Numbered from the stretch's first letter, positions 49,725-60,786 are shown. The stretch: DNA of 64,000 bases from an uncultured Bacillota bacterium (GCA_963804645.1 CAWDRG010000011.1:183466-247465); one strand, 5' to 3'. Numbers and translations: made by a program. Notes: generated by a model not told the origin, from the letters alone.

Positions 49725-51490
49725 CGGCGGCGCGCGACCCGTTCGCCCACCTCCACGACGAAGCCTACGCCGACGCCTACGCGACGCGGGTCGGCCCGCT
49801 GGACGCGGTCGCGATGGGCGGCCGGCGCCGCGTCCCGCTCGCCGGGGACTGGCGGTTCACGCCGGATCTGTTCGACGAGGGGCTGCGCCAGCGGTGGTTC
49901 GAGCAGGAGCCCCTGCCGCCGCGCGTGTGGACGACGCCGAGGGACTACGACCCGGATGGGGCAGACCTGGTGGCGGTGCCCTCCTGCTGGACGTGCGTGA
50001 AGCCCGAGTGGCGCTTCTTCGAGGGAGCCGGCTGGTACGCGCGGACGATCGACTGGACGCCGGCCCCGGCCGAGCGGGTCGTCCTGCGCGTGGGCGCGGC
50101 GAACTACGAGGCGCGGGTCTTTCTCAACGGCCGGTACCTCGCCTCGCACCGGGGCGGCTCCACCCCGTTCTTCGTGGAGCTCACGGCGCACCTCCACGCC
50201 GGCGCCAACCGGCTGCTGATCCAGGTGGACAACCGACGCCGCCCGGACCGCGTGCCGATGCAGCATTTCGACTGGTTCAACCACGGCGGACTGTACCGCG
50301 AGGTGGACCTGCTCGTGCTTCCCGCGGTGTTCATCCGCGCGTTCAGGGTATCGCACTGCCAGGGCGGCATCGCGGCGGAGCTCGTCGTCTCCGACCCGGT
50401 CTCGGGCACGGCGCACGTCGCCGTCCCCGAGCTCGGCGTGGAGTGCGCCGTGCCGGTGGTCGCGGGGCGCGGGGCCGCGACGATCCCGGCCGCGCCGGCG
50501 CTCTGGTCGCCGGCGGCCCCGCGCCTGTACGAGGTCGAGGCGCGCTTCGGCGACGACCGCGTCGCGGAGCGCGTCGGCTTCCGCGACATCACGGTGCGGG
50601 GCGAGGAGATCCTGCTCAACGGCCAGCCGCTCTTTCTCCGCGGCGTCTGCGTCCATGAGGACGATGTCGAGCTCGGCAAGGTCGCGACCGAGGCCGACCT
50701 CCAGCGCCGGTTCGCGCACGCGCGCGAACTCGGCTGCAACTTCCTCCGCCTCGCCCACTACCCCCACCACGAGCGCGTCGCCGAGATCGCCGACGCGGCA
50801 GGGGTGCTGCTCTGGTCGGAGATCCCGGTCTATTGGGCGATCGATTTTGCCAACCCCGACACCTACGCGGACGCGGAGAACCAGCTCCTCGAGCTGATCG
50901 CGCGCGACGGCAATCGGGCCTCGGTCATCGTCTGGGGCGTCGGCAACGAGAACGCCGATACCGACGCCCGCTACGACTTCATGTCGCGCCTCGCCGCGGC
51001 GGCACGCCGGGCCGACCCGACGCGGCTGGTCAGCGCGGCCTGCCTGATCAACCGCCAAACCTTTCGGATCGAGGACCGCCTGGCGGCGCGCCTCGATCTC
51101 GTGGGCATCAACGAGTACTTCGGCTGGTACGAGCCGGATTTTTCGGGCCTGGAGCGCCTGCTGGAGCACTCCCGCCCGGGCAAGCCGGTCGTCATCACCG
51201 AGACCGGCGCGGACGCGGTGGCGGGCCTCCACGGGGACGCGCACGAGCTGTTCACCGAGGAGTGCCAGGCCGAGGTCTACCGCCGCCAACTCGACTGCCT
51301 GGAGCGCGCGGCCTATGTCCGCGGGATCTGCCCGTGGATTCTGTACGACTTCCGGTCCGAACGGCGGCAGACCCGGTTCCAGCGAGGCGTCAACCGCAAA
51401 GGCCTGATCGCGGAGGACAAGGCGACGAAAAAGCTGGCCTTCCACATCCTCGCCGAGCGGTACGCCAGGATGGCCGGGCGCCGCACGTAG
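49721..51490 (+). CDS. GH2 beta-hexuronidase (beta-glucuronidase/galacturonidase-like)
   Basis: RLAHYPH, WGVGNE (acid/base), ITETG (nucleophile), NRKG (N-x-K uronate motif). Confidence 0.88.
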   Translation: MTAARDPFAHLHDEAYADAYATRVGPLDAVAMGGRRRVPLAGDWRFTPDLFDEGLRQRWFEQEPLPPRVWTTPRDYDPDGADLVAVPSCWTCVKPEWRFFEGAGWYARTIDWTPAPAERVVLRVGAANYEARVFLNGRYLASHRGGSTPFFVELTAHLHAGANRLLIQVDNRRRPDRVPMQHFDWFNHGGLYREVDLLVLPAVFIRAFRVSHCQGGIAAELVVSDPVSGTAHVAVPELGVECAVPVVAGRGAATIPAAPALWSPAAPRLYEVEARFGDDRVAERVGFRDITVRGEEILLNGQPLFLRGVCVHEDDVELGKVATEADLQRRFAHARELGCNFLRLAHYPHHERVAEIADAAGVLLWSEIPVYWAIDFANPDTYADAENQLLELIARDGNRASVIVWGVGNENADTDARYDFMSRLAAAARRADPTRLVSAACLINRQTFRIEDRLAARLDLVGINEYFGWYEPDFSGLERLLEHSRPGKPVVITETGADAVAGLHGDAHELFTEECQAEVYRRQLDCLERAAYVRGICPWILYDFRSERRQTRFQRGVNRKGLIAEDKATKKLAFHILAERYARMAGRRT

Positions 51491-51530
51491 GGAGAAGGAA
51501 CCGCCGCGCCGCGCCTGGAACCCCGACGCG

Positions 51531-52469
51531 ATGGCTCCCCCCGGTACTGAAGCACCCGCCCGACGCCCCCCGTCCTCGCCCGCGGGGGGCGTCGGCGCGT
51601 GGTCCGACCGCAACGCCGCCTACATCCTCATCGCGCCGACGCTGCTTGGCGTCGTGCTGGTGGATCTCTATCCCCTGTTCTTCAACACGCTGATCAGCCT
51701 CGAGGAATGGAAGATCAGCAGCCCGCACCCGACCTACATCGGGCTGGCGAACTACGCCGCGGTGCTGCGCGATCCCGAGGCGCTCCACTCGCTGTGGGTC
51801 TCCGTGGTGTTCACGGTCGCGTCGGTGGCCGGGTCGTACGCGATCGGGCTCGGGCTCGCGCTGCTGCTCAGCCGGCCGATGTGGGGGCGCGGCGTGCTGC
51901 GCGCGGTGTTCATCGTCCCGTGGGCGATGCCGGCGTTCGTCGCGGCGCTCGTGTGGGGCTGGATGTACAACGACCAGTTCGGGATCCTCACCGCGATGGC
52001 CCACGACGTGGGTCTCCGTCATCCGCCGATCTTCCTCTCCGCGCCCCACGCCCTGCAGTCCCTCATCGCCGTGATGATCTGGAAGAGCTTCCCCTTCCAG
52101 TTCGTCGTGCTGCTCGCGGGGCTGTCCGGGATCGACAACGAGATCCTGCGCGCCGCGGAGGTGGACGGCGCCACGACGTGGCAGCGGTTCTGGCTGGTGA
52201 CCTTTCCCCTCCTTCGACCGATCTCGATGATCGCGGTGCTGCTTGCCGCGATCAACGCGTTCCAGTACTTCCCGATCCCGTGGATTTTGACGCAGGGCGG
52301 CCCCGCGAACGCGACCAACGTGGTCCCGATCGCCGTGTACAACACCGCGTTCCTCGCGGGAGACTTCGGCTCGGCGGCGGCGATCGCCACGCTCATGTTT
52401 CTCTTCATCCTAGCGATGGGCGCGGTGTACCTTTGGCAGTACATCCGCGAGGTCCAGTCAATTGGGTAG
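51531..52469 (+). CDS. Carbohydrate ABC transporter permease
   Basis: RAAEVDGATTWQRF..VTFPLL, LTQGGP. Confidence 0.93.
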   Translation: MAPPGTEAPARRPPSSPAGGVGAWSDRNAAYILIAPTLLGVVLVDLYPLFFNTLISLEEWKISSPHPTYIGLANYAAVLRDPEALHSLWVSVVFTVASVAGSYAIGLGLALLLSRPMWGRGVLRAVFIVPWAMPAFVAALVWGWMYNDQFGILTAMAHDVGLRHPPIFLSAPHALQSLIAVMIWKSFPFQFVVLLAGLSGIDNEILRAAEVDGATTWQRFWLVTFPLLRPISMIAVLLAAINAFQYFPIPWILTQGGPANATNVVPIAVYNTAFLAGDFGSAAAIATLMFLFILAMGAVYLWQYIREVQSIG

Positions 52470-53307
52470 CGCCCGCGCGCGACGGACGGCCGCCGACACC
52501 GCAGCGTTCCTCGCCGTGGCGGCCCTCGCGGTGGTCGCGCTGTTCCCGTTCTACTGGATGCTGCGCACGGCGTTCACGCCGCAGGCGGACGCCTACTCGC
52601 TGCACCCGACGGTGTGGCCGGGGGCCGTCACCTGGATCAACTTCGTCCGGGTCGTCACCTCCCCCAACATCCCGTTCGTGCAGTACTTCAAGAACAGCCT
52701 GATCGTCTCGGCGGCGACGACCCTTCTCGTGATCCTCGCCGGCTCCTGGGGCGCGTACGCGCTGGCGCGGATGGACTTCCGGGGAAAGAACACCTTCGGG
52801 ATCACGCTGCTCATCATCCAGATGTTCCCCCCCGTCGTGCTGCTGATCCCGCTGTTCCTGGTGATGGCGCGCCTGCATCTCGTCGATACCTACCTCGGGC
52901 TGATCCTCGCGCTCGTCACGTTCAATCTGCCGTTCGTGACGTGGCTGCTGCGCGGCTACTTTCTTGGCCTGCCGAAGGAGCTCGAGGATGCGGCCCGGAT
53001 CGACGGCTGCGGGCGGTTCGGGGTGCTGTTCCGAATCGCGCTCCCGCTCGCGGCGCCTGGCGTCGCGGCGGTCGCCACGCTGTCCATGGTGAACTCGTGG
53101 AACGACTTCCTGTTTGCGTTTGTGTTGATCAACAATGATGCCCGCAAGGTGCTCGCGACCGGACTCGCCTCGTATGGAGCCTCGAACAACGACTACACCG
53201 CGCTGTTCGCGATGGCGACGCTGACCACGGTGCCGATCGTGGCGCTGTTCGTGCTGTTCCAGCGGTATCTGGTCGGCGGGCTCGCCGCCGGCTCGGTCAA
53301 GGCCTGA
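52462..53307 (+). CDS. Carbohydrate ABC transporter permease
   Basis: PKELEDAARIDG, WNDFLFA, FQRYLVGGL..GSVK. Confidence 0.93.
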   Translation: MGSARARRTAADTAAFLAVAALAVVALFPFYWMLRTAFTPQADAYSLHPTVWPGAVTWINFVRVVTSPNIPFVQYFKNSLIVSAATTLLVILAGSWGAYALARMDFRGKNTFGITLLIIQMFPPVVLLIPLFLVMARLHLVDTYLGLILALVTFNLPFVTWLLRGYFLGLPKELEDAARIDGCGRFGVLFRIALPLAAPGVAAVATLSMVNSWNDFLFAFVLINNDARKVLATGLASYGASNNDYTALFAMATLTTVPIVALFVLFQRYLVGGLAAGSVKA

Positions 53308-53497
53308 CGCGGGGTGCGGGTGACGGACGGCGTACTGGGGGAGCCCGTCCGGCTATCGGATCGCCGCCCGATGGCAGCCGCCGGGGGACGTTTCGTACCA
53401 TGTGTGGGGGTGGGTCCCTAGGCAGGCGCTCAGCGTCGGGCGGTCGGGCATGCGTGCATCTAGAAACGATCCGATCGGCACAACGGGAGGGGATGCG

Positions 53498-54817
53498 ATG
53501 TCGACACGCGCTCGTTCACGGAGAAAATTCCTCAAGGACTCGATCGCATTGGGACTGTTGGCTCCGGCGGCCGCGGGCCTCGCGGGTGCGGCCGCGCCCT
53601 GGCGCGCGGACGCCGCGGGAACCACACCGCTCGGCTTTTGGAGCCGGGAGAACTTCAACAACGGCGCCCGCGAACCGCTGCTCAAGGACCACTGCGCGGC
53701 GTTTGACCGGAGCCACGGAACGTCCACGGACATCGAGTTCATGGTCTTCCAGGAGTCGATCGCCAAGATGCTCGCCGCCATCACGGCCGGCAATCCTCCG
53801 GAGGTCGGGGAGCAGGGACCGGACGTCGGCACGCAGTTCGCCGCCTCCGGCGCTCTGATGGACCTCACGCAGGCCGCGCGCGACCTGGCGCCGACCTTCC
53901 TGCCCCTGCAGCGGGATGCGTACGTGACCTACCAGGGCAAAGTGTACGGCCTCCCGTGGTACAACGAGACCCGCGTGCTCTTCTATCACCGCGACCTGCT
54001 CGACCGAGCGGGCGTCCGCCCTCCCACGACGTGGGCCGAGTGGACGGCCGCGGCGCAGAAGCTGACGACCGCCGACCAGTTCGGGTGTGGGATCGCGGTG
54101 GAAGGCACGTGGCCCGGCCAGATGTGGATCCCGCTCGGGATCTCGAACGGCGGCCGCGTCATCGACAAGACCGGCAAGATCGCCTCCGACAGCCCGGCGA
54201 TGCGGGAGGCCCTGCAGTTCGTGACGGACCTCTACCTCAAGTACAAGGTGGCGCCGCCCGCGACCCCGACGTACAAGAACAACGACGTGGTGCAGCTGTT
54301 CCTCTTGAAGAAAATCGCGATGTTCTGGTACAACGGCGACCTGCTCCAGACGATCGAAGCACAGAACCCGAACCTGCTGCAGAACGTCGGCGCGGTGGTG
54401 ACCCCGGTGAACCATGCGGGGCAGACGAGCCGCTCGTTCCTCGGCGGGTTCGACCTATTCGTGTTCCAGAAGTCCGCGCACCCGCAGCTCGGGTTGCAGC
54501 TGCTGCAGTGGATGTACGATCCGGGGTGGTACACCCAGTTCGTCGTCTCGACCGCGGCGTCTGCCCTCCCGGTCGTCAAGTTGACCGCGAGCGCCGACTT
54601 CTACCAGCAGAACGATGCGCGGAAGGCGCTCGTGACCCAGCTCGCGACCGCCGTGCGCTACGGAGGCCCGGACTGGGGGAACACGCCGTGGACCGGTGAG
54701 GCCGAGGGCAAGTTCCTGTTCAGCCAGCCGATGGTGGACGTGATGAACGGGAAAGGCACGGTCGATCAGGCGATCACCAACATGACGTCGGCGCTTCGGA
54801 CCCTCGCGAAGCAGTAG
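53498..54817 (+). CDS. Tat-exported sugar ABC substrate-binding protein
   Basis: SRRKFLK, GKVYGLPW, LFYHRDLL...PPTTWAE; GGGAGG RBS. Confidence 0.9.
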   Translation: MSTRARSRRKFLKDSIALGLLAPAAAGLAGAAAPWRADAAGTTPLGFWSRENFNNGAREPLLKDHCAAFDRSHGTSTDIEFMVFQESIAKMLAAITAGNPPEVGEQGPDVGTQFAASGALMDLTQAARDLAPTFLPLQRDAYVTYQGKVYGLPWYNETRVLFYHRDLLDRAGVRPPTTWAEWTAAAQKLTTADQFGCGIAVEGTWPGQMWIPLGISNGGRVIDKTGKIASDSPAMREALQFVTDLYLKYKVAPPATPTYKNNDVVQLFLLKKIAMFWYNGDLLQTIEAQNPNLLQNVGAVVTPVNHAGQTSRSFLGGFDLFVFQKSAHPQLGLQLLQWMYDPGWYTQFVVSTAASALPVVKLTASADFYQQNDARKALVTQLATAVRYGGPDWGNTPWTGEAEGKFLFSQPMVDVMNGKGTVDQAITNMTSALRTLAKQ

Positions 54818-54890
54818 CCGTCAACCGCGCGGGCGGCGCGGTGAACGAAACGGCAGGCCGACGTGCGGACGATGCGGCGGTCACGAGGTG

Positions 54891-54928
54891 AGACCGGCCG
54901 GCGTTTGCCACCGCGCCGGCCGGTCTTT
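54891..54928 (+). terminator. 13-bp stem-loop after the sugar operon
   Basis: AGACCGGCCGGCG / CGCCGGCCGGTCT followed by TT. Confidence 0.55.
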
Positions 54929-55056
54929 CGGCGACACCCGTCCGCGGTCGCTTGGGGCGAGCGGGAACAGGTCGCGATAGTGCTGCACGGTGATGCTCGA
55001 GCCATGATGACCCCCTCCTTCCCCGATGCGCGGGAGATCCGGACCGGAGCGCCCTG

Positions 55057-55807
55057 ATGCCGAACACTCTACACTCAGCCCTTCCGGGTCCGATTCGACG
55101 AGTGCGGGCCTGACGGGACTGCGCGAAGCGCGACCATCCTCCGCTACGCCGCCGAGACCGCCTTCGCGCATTCGGCCGCGGTCGGCTTTCCGCTGTCGTG
55201 GTACCTGACACACGGGCTCTTCTGGCTCGTGCGGGACGCGCGCGTGGACCTCGCGGTCCCGGTGGAGCACGCGGCGACGCTCGAGGTCACCACGCAGGTC
55301 GTCGGCGTGCGCCGGGTCTGGGCCCGTCGCGTGAACGCGGTCCGCGATGCCGCGGGCGGCCGCGTCGGCACCGTCACCATGGATTGGATTCTCACCGATA
55401 CCAACGGCCGCCCGGCGCGCATTCCGCCGTCGATGCTCGCCGCGTTTCCCATCCCCCCCGGCGACCTTCACCGTATCCAGGAGGAGGCCACGCCGATCCC
55501 CCCGATCGGCGCCCTCACCGGGCGGCATAGGGTGTTCGCCCACGAATGCGATCCCCGCGGACACATGAACAACGCCGTCTACCTCGACTTGTTCGACGAC
55601 GCGCTGGCTGCGCTCGGGATCGATCCGCAAGCACGTCCCGTCAGCTACACCCTCGAATATCTGAGGTCGGCCCGATCGGGAGAGACCGTGGAGTACGCGG
55701 CGTGGAACACCGAGGCGGGCGCACGCCTGGTTGCGCAGATCCCGGACGGACCCGTCGTGTGGCGAGCGCACCGCCGGTCGACCGCGTGTCCCCCATGCCC
55801 CCGCTAG
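55057..55807 (+). CDS. Acyl-ACP/acyl-CoA thioesterase (double hot-dog); extra base near the start
   Basis: FRVRFDECGPDG in frame upstream of the 55229 ORF; ECDPRGHMNNAVY; ATG 55057 with GGAG is one base out of frame. Confidence 0.8.
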
Positions 55808-56058
55808 CGAGCAGGCGCGCGTACGGCGATTGGCGGAGCGCCGAGTCGCCGCGCAGACCGTGGTGTTCGCCGTCGTTGGCGTGGGCGCAGCCCCGACCGT
55901 GCCGTCCCTTAGCGGTGCGGCGTTCATGCGCCTGTCGGGCCTGACCAGTTTCGCCGACTGGGTCGCCTCGCGTGGACGCGGTGGCGCCGGCGGCAATGGT
56001 CGCACGCGCCGCCGGCACCGAGGCCCGATCTCCAGAGCGGCCCCCGCCGCTCCGCCGC

Positions 56059-57075
56059 TCAGAACGGGATGTCCATCTTCAACTCCAGGACGTCCTGGCC
56101 GAGCTGCACGTTTGGCATCGACAGCGTCGCGGCGGTGGTGAGCGGCGGCCGAGGCACCGGCGCAAAGACCAGGATCCCGTGGACGCTGCCGTGCGCGGGC
56201 ACGCGATCCGGGAGCGTCGTCTTCAAATCCTGGAGCGCGTAGGAGTTCCCGGAGGCATCCCGCAGGACGGTCGCGGGCTTCGCGAAAAAGAGATTGGCCT
56301 CCACATCCGAGTTGTTTTCGACAGTCACGTCTGCAGACGTCGAGTCTGCGGCGAATTCCACCCGCGTCAGGGTCATGGCCAAGGGGCCCGACGCGGTACG
56401 CAGGGCCGTGGCATAGGTTCGGACCGTCGTCGTCGGCGGCGCGGTCTTGGCGGACGCGTCCTTCACGAGCCCACAACCCACGTGGATCGCCGGCAACGCC
56501 CCCGAATCATCGGACAGGCCGTCCACCGTCAGCATGAACTGATCGGTCTTCGGATCGGGCGGCTTGAAGTACACCGAACCTGTCCGCGCCGCGCCCGGTG
56601 GAATCTCGGTCACCGTCCAGATGGTGTCGTCGATGTGCTTCACCAGTGCGGCCCGCGCTTCCGTGGTCGCCAGGTAGCCGGTTAGCCCGAACGCGAGGGT
56701 TCCCACGATGACTTGTGCGGTATTGGAGAACATATTCTTCGCCTGTGCGGCCGTGAGCGGAACCGCTTGCTCACCCTGGTCGGTGATGAGCGTGATCTGG
56801 TTGGGGTCGTCGTGAATCGTTCCGTCGGCGGTGCTCCGGAGTACGAGCTCAATCTCGAGCACAACCTGGGGCACATGGGGAACGAGCGACAAGGTCAATG
56901 GACCCGAGTGTCCCACGCACCCCCTCGGCGGGGCACTCGCGGGCTGGGCCATCGCGGACGCCGGGATCATGAGGAGCACGACCGCAAGGGCGGTCGCCGC
57001 GCGGCGCCGTCCTCCCCGCCAGGCCGCGGCGGCCTTCCCGAGATCCACCCCGGTGCGCGTTCGAGGACGTCGCAT
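56059..57075 (-). CDS. Hypothetical secreted protein with two beta-sandwich-like repeats
   Basis: Signal-like hydrophobic stretch; repeated EIPPGAARTGSVYF / RVPAHGSVHGILVF. Confidence 0.7.
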   Translation of the reverse strand: MRRPRTRTGVDLGKAAAAWRGGRRRAATALAVVLLMIPASAMAQPASAPPRGCVGHSGPLTLSLVPHVPQVVLEIELVLRSTADGTIHDDPNQITLITDQGEQAVPLTAAQAKNMFSNTAQVIVGTLAFGLTGYLATTEARAALVKHIDDTIWTVTEIPPGAARTGSVYFKPPDPKTDQFMLTVDGLSDDSGALPAIHVGCGLVKDASAKTAPPTTTVRTYATALRTASGPLAMTLTRVEFAADSTSADVTVENNSDVEANLFFAKPATVLRDASGNSYALQDLKTTLPDRVPAHGSVHGILVFAPVPRPPLTTAATLSMPNVQLGQDVLELKMDIPF

Positions 57076-57197
57076 GACGGGGGGTATCCCCCTTCCGGCC
57101 GGCGAAGGTTCCGCGCGTGAACCGTCCGATCCGGCGGACCCGCCGTGGCTGCTGACCGACCCTTGGCGCCCTCGTAGGGGTAGCGTGCGACTCCGAC

Positions 57198-57213
57198 TGT
57201 GATGTGCATCACA
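57198..57213. promoter_or_regulatory. CRP-consensus palindrome TGTGA-N6-TCACA
   Basis: TGTGATGTGCATCACA in a divergent intergenic region. Confidence 0.5.
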
Positions 57214-57424
57214 CTGCGCCTTCGGGGTCGAGCCGCCGGCCGCTTGGAGGGTTCGACGGCCGACCCGGATATCCTAGGCTGTCTTGAGGGGGCCCAAGGC
57301 GTCCAAATCAACAGCGAAGCGCTCGAGGGCAGTTGTGTGATCGAGATCGTAGACGGTCTTTCCGAGTACGACGAGGATGTGAGAAAGATCGCAACTGGAG
57401 CTTGATCCGGAGGAGACTAATACT

Positions 57425-58540
57425 GTGAGCAGGGGGGCCTCGATGTTCATTTGGCGGCTTCGTCGCTTCAAGGCCAACCGGAGGGAAGGACTGTTCCGTA
57501 GCCACTCACGACCCGCAGGCGGAGTGATCTTCCGCCTCACGCGTGCCCGCCTTCTCGGTTGGGCGGTCGTGGTGCTTCTGACGGTCCATGCGGGCGCGCT
57601 CGGCGGGTCTGCGCAAACGCCTCCGGCCCCGCCACCCGGGGCGGCGTCCGCCTCCGGGCCCCAAATCTACGTCACGGACTTCGACAATAACCGGATCGTG
57701 CGCATCGATGATATGACCGGCTCGGGTTGGGTCGCGTTGGGCAGTCTGGGTCCGGGGACGAACCAGTTCCATGAGCCGACCGGGATCTCCGCCGATCCTT
57801 CAGGGCGGATCGTCGTGGCGGACAGCTGGAACGACCGGGTGGTCCGCGTCGATGATATGACGGGGCATGGATGGAAGGTCCTGGGGACACACGGCAGCTT
57901 CTTGACCGGTGGTATGTTTCTTAGCCCGCAGGGCATCGGCACGGATCCGGATGGGAACATCTATATGGCCGATGCGCACTGCGTGTGGCGGATTAACGCG
58001 GCGATGAGCGGGGGGCTGCTCGCGGGCAAGTGTTTCCCGATCAAACAGTACTATCTCGTGCCTCAGAGAAGTCCGTACCCTGTCACGGCGGGAGGGCTGG
58101 CCCTCGACGAAAAGGGTCGCATCTACCTGACAGACAAAGACCAGGGTCGCGTCGCCCGCATCGACAACAGCAACGGCGGAGGCTGGATCGCCGTGGGAGC
58201 GCAGGGGACCGGTGCGCTGCAATTGAACGGCCCCCGCGGCGTCGCAGTCAATTCGCTCCGCATCTACGTGGCCGACTCCGGCAACAACCGGATCGTGCGA
58301 ATGGATGACATGGCGGGCAATGCGTGGACGACGTTCGGCACCCAAGGCAGCGGCGTCAACCAGTTCAGCACGCCAACTGGCGTTGCCGTGGATGCACGCG
58401 GCAGAATCTATGTGGCCGACTCCGGCAACAACCGCGTCGTCCGCATCGACGACATGACCGGGGCCGGATGGACGACGCTCGGCACACAGGGGACCGGCGT
58501 CAATCAGTTTGGCAGACCGTTTGGGGTCTCCGTTCGCTGA
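57425..58540 (+). CDS. Secreted NHL-repeat beta-propeller protein
   Basis: Repeated NQF..P.G...D..GRIYVADSGNNRIVRIDDM. Confidence 0.88.
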   Translation: MSRGASMFIWRLRRFKANRREGLFRSHSRPAGGVIFRLTRARLLGWAVVVLLTVHAGALGGSAQTPPAPPPGAASASGPQIYVTDFDNNRIVRIDDMTGSGWVALGSLGPGTNQFHEPTGISADPSGRIVVADSWNDRVVRVDDMTGHGWKVLGTHGSFLTGGMFLSPQGIGTDPDGNIYMADAHCVWRINAAMSGGLLAGKCFPIKQYYLVPQRSPYPVTAGGLALDEKGRIYLTDKDQGRVARIDNSNGGGWIAVGAQGTGALQLNGPRGVAVNSLRIYVADSGNNRIVRMDDMAGNAWTTFGTQGSGVNQFSTPTGVAVDARGRIYVADSGNNRVVRIDDMTGAGWTTLGTQGTGVNQFGRPFGVSVR

Positions 58541-58744
58541 GCCGCCCGTTGCGTCTCGAGATCAGCGCGTTCCGCGCCAGGGCGTGCCAGCGCCAACGCG
58601 GCTGCTAGGTCAGGCGTAGGTTCGGGTTGCCGCCGCTGCGTGGATCTCGAGTTCTTGGAAAGTCGGCCGCGCGGCTCCGGCGGCACGCCGCACTGATTTA
58701 AATTTAGGAGATCCGCGTCACCACGCGATCCTGGAAGCGAATCG

Positions 58745-59200
58745 AGGGATAGGCGCGGTCTCGAAGCGCTCGGTGCCCCGTGGATCGGACTGCGTGGGAC
58801 GCAGATGGCTCCCGAGGCGATAGAAGGCCGCGGCGGAGCCGCGGTACCCGCGCGCCCAAATCTCGTTCAGGATCCGACTACCGATGCGATGCTGCTCCGT
58901 CGTCATCTGTTGGATCAGCGCGACGAACGGCGCGAGTTGTTGATTTTCTGTTGGTTTACGCTGGTAGCGCGGAGGCTCAGGACTACCCAGGGCGGGACGG
59001 TCTGACGAGAGAGGCCCAGTTCACGCGAAATGCGGCGGACGGAATGTCCTTGCGCATGCAACTGACGAACGGCGGCCCACGCTTCCATTGACAGCATCTC
59101 CTCCCCCCTTCACCCCAGTCTTGGAATGAGGGATTCGATGCCTCAGGAGGTGGTCAACTTTTGCAGAGAAACCCGGGCAAGCTTTCAACGAGAAACTACA
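58745..59200 (-). mobile_element. IS21-family remnant (left end plus broken istA N-terminus)
   Basis: Minus strand begins TGTAGTTTCTC with repeated GTTTCTC..AAAG..TG.CC units; HTH QGHSVRRISRELGLSRQTV; RGYRGS and RFETAP, then truncated. Confidence 0.7.
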
Positions 59201-59279
59201 GCGGTTGCGGAAGGGTGCCGAGAAGGTTACCTATCAGATTGTACTCGGATATTGTAAGAGGCCAACTACGTCGCGGAGT

Positions 59280-59620
59280 TCAGTCCTGCTCAGGGAAGTT
59301 GACTTGAAAACGCTCACACACCACAGACATTTCAGAAGTGGGTGCTCGTCCGAGAGAACGACATTCTTGTGAGTAATACTCCCACATGTCCTTACGCCAC
59401 CAATTCATTGAGCGGTCGCCCTCGCCATAATCGTACACGAACCCCTTATCGACCGCTTTGAAGGGCACCGTCCTCACTTCGATCGTCTCAATGACACAAA
59501 GGGGTGCTCCGTTCCAATTGGTGACGATGCTCAGGTCCCCCACCTGTACAAGAGGCTTTCCCTTAACGTCGTACTCCCACAGCAGTGCTGAGGTTGCCGT
59601 CTTGATGCGCCTCACAACTA
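59280..59620 (-). pseudogene. ASCH domain protein, N-terminus cut off by IS insertion
   Basis: LVVRRIKTATS, GEGDRS..WW, VVCERF; no start before the CTAG junction. Confidence 0.85.
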
Positions 59621-60786
59621 GTGTCCTGAGTTAGAAATATCTTCCATTGGACATGGGATGGTGCTATGGTGAGAGAAACTCCCGCCGGAGGATCTCCCAT
59701 GCCCCGTGGCCGTGCCTTGGCACCCCTGACCCTGACGGTGGAGGAGCGAGACACCCTCGAGCAATGGCTGCGTCGCCGGAAGACCGCGCAAGCCTTGGCG
59801 CGACGGGCTGCGGCAGTCCTGGCCGCAGCCAACGGGGTGTCCAACCAAGACGTGGCCGCGAAGCTGCACCTGACCCCGTGGACGGTGGGCAAGTGGCGGC
59901 GACGCTTTCTGGCGCACCGGTTGGACGGGTTGTTGGATGAACCCCGTCCCGGCGCGCCCCGCACGATCCAGGACGCGGATGTGGAGCGCGTCGTGGCGCT
60001 GACATTGGAGAGCGCCCCACCAGATGCGACGCACTGGAGCACCCGGGGCATGGCGCGGCGGACGGGCATGAGCCAGAGTGCCGTCAGCCGGATTTGGCGG
60101 GCGTTTGTGCTGCAGCCGCACCGGAGCGACACCTTTAAGCTTTCGCGCGATCCGTTGTTCATCGAAAAGGTGCGCGACATCGTGGGCTTGTATTTGAACC
60201 CCCCGGATCAGGCTTTGGTCGTGTGCGTCGATGAGAAGAGCCAGATCCAAGCCTTGGACCGGACGCAGCCGTTGTTGCCGATGCGGCCGGGGCAAATTGA
60301 ACGGCGAACACATGACTACATGCGCCATGGGACCACGTCTCTGTTCGCTGCCCTGGAGGTCAAGAGCGGGAAACTGCTGGGTCAGTGTCGGCAGCGTCAC
60401 CGCTCCACAGAGTTCCGCGCGTTCCTTCGGCAGATCGAGACGGCGGTCCCGGACGGCCTGGAGGTGCATCTCATCATGGATAACTACGGGACCCACAAGA
60501 CGCCGCTCATCCACCGCTGGATGGTACGGCATCCACGCTTTCATGTGCACTTCACTCCTACCGGCGCCACCTGGCTCAATTTGGTGGAGCGATTTTTCGC
60601 CGCGCTCACTGAAAAGCAACTCCGCCGGGGCGTCCACCGTAGCACCCGTGAGCTTGAAACCGCCATCTACCATTACATCGATCATCAGAACCAAGCTCCC
60701 AAGCCCTTTATCTGGACCAAAACCGCCGATCAAATCCTGGCGAGCGTCGCCAGATTTTGTGAGCGAACTTTTGACTCAGGACACTA
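59619..60786 (+). mobile_element. Complete IS630-family element
   Basis: IR TAGTGTCCTGAGT / ACTCAGGACACTA, CTAG at both ends, intact transposase. Confidence 0.95.

Noticed and set aside
57199..57405. 68-aa ORF upstream of the NHL gene
   Set aside because: No RBS or recognisable motif, and it overlaps the CRP-like palindromes; cannot be supported.
57660..58520. Repeated DNA units such as GTGGCCGACTCCGGCAACAACCG
   Set aside because: Explained by NHL protein repeats; not a CRISPR array or a DGR template/variable pair.
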